In this document: positions 61,023 through 64,000 of the stretch, one piece after another
Position numbering within the stretch: the stretch's first letter is position 1
Layout: every line of letters starts with the position of its first letter
Source of the DNA: Alphaproteobacteria bacterium
Lineage (GTDB): Bacteria; Pseudomonadota; Alphaproteobacteria; JAAXGF01
Length of the DNA: 64,000 bases
Assembly (NCBI GenBank): GCA_963555825.3
Contig: CAUVXB020000002.1
Span: 832,001 to 896,000, forward strand
Direction of reading: 5' to 3'
Position numbers and translations under genes: made by a program
Notes under the pieces: generated by a model
Told to the model about the DNA's origin: nothing
What the model saw: only the letters and a program-made list of their open reading frames with translations
Databases searched by the model: none

Positions 61023-61943
61023 TGAGAACGGCAGAGCAATAATCCCCCACTGAAGCGGCCGGTCGATCCGGCTGCGGCGGACCAAAATGGGACCGCGTAT
61101 AGCCTTCTGTCAGGGTTGCTCTGACTGGAAGGCGGGGGGGATGTATCGGGTGGAGTTGTACGCACGGGTTCGGCGGGCGTGTCATGTCGAGGGGATGAGC
61201 ACCCGCGAGGCCTCGCGGGTGTTTGGTGTAGACCGCAAGACGGTCCGTAAGATGCTGTCGTTCTCGGTGCCGCCAGGGTATCGCCGAAGCGCGCCGCCGA
61301 GGCGGCCAAAGCTGGGTCCGTTCACGGGAATCATCGATCGGATCTTGGAAGACGATCGGACCAGCCACCGCAAGCAACGGCACACTGCGAAGCGCATCTT
61401 CGACCGCCTCCGGGACGAGTACGGTTTCACGGGCGGCTACACCATCGTGAAGGACTACGTTCGTGAGCAGGGGCTTCGGTCGCGTGAGGTGTTCGTGCCA
61501 CTCTCCCATTCCCCCGGTCACGCCCAGGCGGACTTCGGCGAAGCGATGGCGGTGATCGGCGGCGCGTTACGGAAGATCCACTTCCTTGCCTTCGACCTTC
61601 CCCACAGTGATGGTTGCTTTGTTGCGGCCTATCCGGCGGAGACGACCGAAGCATTCTGCGATGGCCACAACGCGGCGTTTGCCTTCTTCGGCGGCGTCCC
61701 CCGATCCATCCTGTACGACAACACCAAGCTGGCGGTTGCCCGGATCCTGGGCGATGGGAAGCGGCAGCGAACGCGCGTCTTCACGGAGCTTCAGTCCCAC
61801 TATCTGTTCGAGGACAGGTTCGGCCGGCCGGGCAAGGGCAACGACAAGGGCAAGGTCGAGGGACTGGTCGGCTTCATCCGGCGGAACTTCCTGGTCCCCG
61901 TCCCGCGTGCCGAGAGCTTCGCGGCCCTCAACGATGCTCTCGC
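61023..61943 (+). mobile_element. istA: IS21 element, copy 3, truncated within istA
   Basis: Left end plus istA, identical to copy 2 up to ALNDAL. Confidence 0.9.
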
Positions 61944-61984
61944 TGTCAATGGCGGAGCAAAAAGGGACCACCTCGGCGGTGTAA
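61944..61984 (-). mobile_element. IS21 right-end remnant (copy 4)
   Basis: TGTCAATGGCGGAGCAAAAAGGGACCACCTCGGCGGTGTAA, identical to the end at 29164. Confidence 0.85.
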
Positions 61985-63159
61985 TACCAGTGAGCCTATG
62001 AAATCACCTTCATGATCCATGGATAGGCGCAGAGGGTTCGCATACGATCCGGTTCTGCGATGAGGTCGATCCATGCTTGGCAACAGGCGTCGATGATGGC
62101 CTCGGTGTCGTCGAGGACGCGGAGCGATAGGAAGCGTTCGCGTAGGTAGAGCCAAACCCGCTCGACGGGGTTGAGTTCGGGACTGTAAGGCGGCAACAGC
62201 GCCAAGGTGACGTTGTCGGGGACGGTGAGGGCGCGCTCGTCGTGCCAACCGGCGCCGTCGCACATCATGACGGCGTGCGCATCCTGGTCCAGGGTATCGG
62301 CGAAGTGTGCGAGAAACAGGTCCATGACCTTGGCGTTGACGCTCGGCATCACCAGGGTGACGTCGTCGCCGGTGTCCGGGCGCACGGCGGAGAAGATGTA
62401 GGCCCACTGGTAGCCGATTTGACGCGTCCCGGGGGCACGCTCGCCCCTGCGCCACCACCGGTGACACACCCGGCCCTTGTTGCCGACGCGCGCTTCATCC
62501 TGAAACCACAGCTGTAGGCGCTTGTCGGGATGCGCCGCGGCGGTCGCCTTCAGGATGTCGCGAAGCCCCCTTTTTTGAAGCGCTCCTGCGCTTCGGCGTC
62601 CCTTCGCGGGTGGCTCGGGCGCGCCTTCTGGCGGGAAAATCCCATCCGCCGTAGAACCCGGGTCATGCTCGAGGGGTGGTAGGTCTTGGCGAAGCGCTCC
62701 TCCAGCCAGCGGCACAGATCGGCCCGGGTCCAGGCGCAAACCCCGTCGCGCTCAGGCTCCGGCCCGGCGATGATGACCGCCGCCAGCGCCGCTTCCTCGT
62801 CTGCCGTCAGCCGCCGCGGCGAGTAGCCCTTTGGACGGTCGTGAAGCCCCTCCAATCCCTTTGCATTGTAACGAACAACCGCGTCGCGAAGCGTTTGGCG
62901 ATCCATCCCCGCAAGCCGCGCGGCATCAGCCCGGGGCATCTCCTCCAAAGCATTCGCGATCCCATAGGCCCGCGCCGCCGCTCGACCGTACGATTCCACG
63001 CGAGCCCAGCGCCGAAGCTCCAAAGGCGTCAAATCATCCCGTATCTTGAGTGCTGATCCCATGACATCCCCCACATCTGGTGGGAGACCATAGAATCACA
63101 ATCCGCCATCATCCGCCATCAATGAATATCCCGAGAGTCAATTCAGGCGCTCACTGGTA
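61985..63159 (-). mobile_element. IS630 family element, second type
   Basis: IR TACCAGTGAGC; flanks TAA and TGA differ. Confidence 0.88.
61996..63062 (-). CDS. IS630 transposase, probable -1 frameshift at AAAAAAGGGG
   Basis: FKKGG junction; FQDEAR, DGAGWH and LPPYSPELNPVE motifs. Confidence 0.88.
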
Positions 63160-63314
63160 TGAGAGCCGTATGAGGGAACGAGTTCGGGTTGTACCCTGGC
63201 CGCGCACGGGTCCAGCGGGGCGGGCACGTCCTAGGCCTGCTCGCCCTTGTTGCTCTTTAAGGGCGCGAGCTGGCTGGTGCGGTCGTACCCGCCGCCGGGG
63301 CGGATGCGGCGTAA

Positions 63315-63599
63315 TCAGCCGCGCGACAGGTAGCGCGGCAGCTCGCGCTCGAACTTGGGGAAGTAGCGCGCGATCACCGTCACGTCGAAGCGGCGCAGGA
63401 TCGATTCCTTCGGTTCGCGGTCGAGCAGGAACCGAAAGGCCGCCTCGATACAGCGCTCGGCCGTGTGCTCGCCGGCCGTGAGGCGCTCGTAAGTCGCCCG
63501 CGACATCGTCACCTCGTGACGGGTCTCGCCCTCAGCTTCGCGGACGATCACCTCGAACGCGAGAGGGTCGCCCTCGCCGCTGCGCCGGACCTCGATCAT
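63315..63599 (-). CDS. Small hypothetical protein
   Basis: 94 aa; FRFLLDREPKESILRRFD; GGAG RBS. Confidence 0.75.
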   Translation of the reverse strand: MIEVRRSGEGDPLAFEVIVREAEGETRHEVTMSRATYERLTAGEHTAERCIEAAFRFLLDREPKESILRRFDVTVIARYFPKFERELPRYLSRG

Positions 63600-63701
63600 C
63601 GCATGCTCCTTGATCGCCTGCCGCCAATGCTGAGCGACCCGGCGCCGCCGCGCAACCCCGGTGCGATCACGCGATTGGACCCGATGACCGCGACGGCGGT
63701 C

Positions 63702-64000
63702 TCAGGCGCGGCGCGGGCCACGCACGAACTCGTAGATGCGGGTGCAATCGCTGTCCGGTATCTCGCTTGCCGCCCGCCGCCATGTCTCGGCCACCCGTTC
63801 GCCGATGTCCAAACAGACGCCGCCGGTCCTTGCGCTCTCGACATAGAGCCGCAAGTCCTTGGCCATCAACGCGGTGTGGAACCCGGCATCGAAGCTGCCG
63901 GTGAGAATGGGGTTGGGGAACTTGTCGCTGGTTGCCGTGTTGCGGCCGGTCGAGGCGTTGAGCACGTCGATCACCGTGCGCGGGTCCAATCCTTGCGTCT
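63702..64000 (-). CDS. 3-hydroxyisobutyrate dehydrogenase-family protein, 3' part
   Basis: VLNASTGRN..F..ALMAKDL motif. Confidence 0.82.
   Translation of the reverse strand, partial: TQGLDPRTVIDVLNASTGRNTATSDKFPNPILTGSFDAGFHTALMAKDLRLYVESARTGGVCLDIGERVAETWRRAASEIPDSDCTRIYEFVRGPRRA

Noticed and set aside
63161-63200. GAGAGCCGTATGAGGG resembles the start of group II intron domain V
   Set aside because: The complementary 3' strand is absent and there is no reverse transcriptase ORF.

Overview
High-GC bacterial DNA, alphaproteobacterial in gene content, in two parts. 1-26.4 kb is chromosomal backbone for nitrogen-compound catabolism: three amidohydrolases including a codA-like gene, an SDR, TauD, a class II aldolase, a flavin reductase, an alpha/beta hydrolase, an agmatinase-family gene, a PuuE-like gene, PhzF, and preTA with RutR-like boxes, plus rhlE and a Na/Pi transporter. 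This part carries two MITEs, a REP-like doublet and two copies of an IS3-like element with 14-bp target duplications. From tRNA-Ser(CGA) at 26336 to about 63.2 kb lies a decayed island. It holds a DUF3489-DUF2924-large serine recombinase module, a zinc-ribbon repeat gene hit by several IS, an intact ProVWX/TmoXWV-like ABC operon, a three-level IS nest, a split FseA/DUF2285-like activator with a duplicated HTH module, integrase/TraE/repressor fragments, and an intact MOBF relaxase with a candidate R388-like oriT. IS families seen are IS3-like, IS21, ISKra4, IS256, IS630, IS1182, IS1380 and IS481. IS load and scattered lesions (an amber in preA, deletions, fragments) suggest ongoing genome degradation (inference). 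No CRISPR array, rRNA or reverse transcriptase was seen. All family assignments come from motif recognition by eye, not from database searches.
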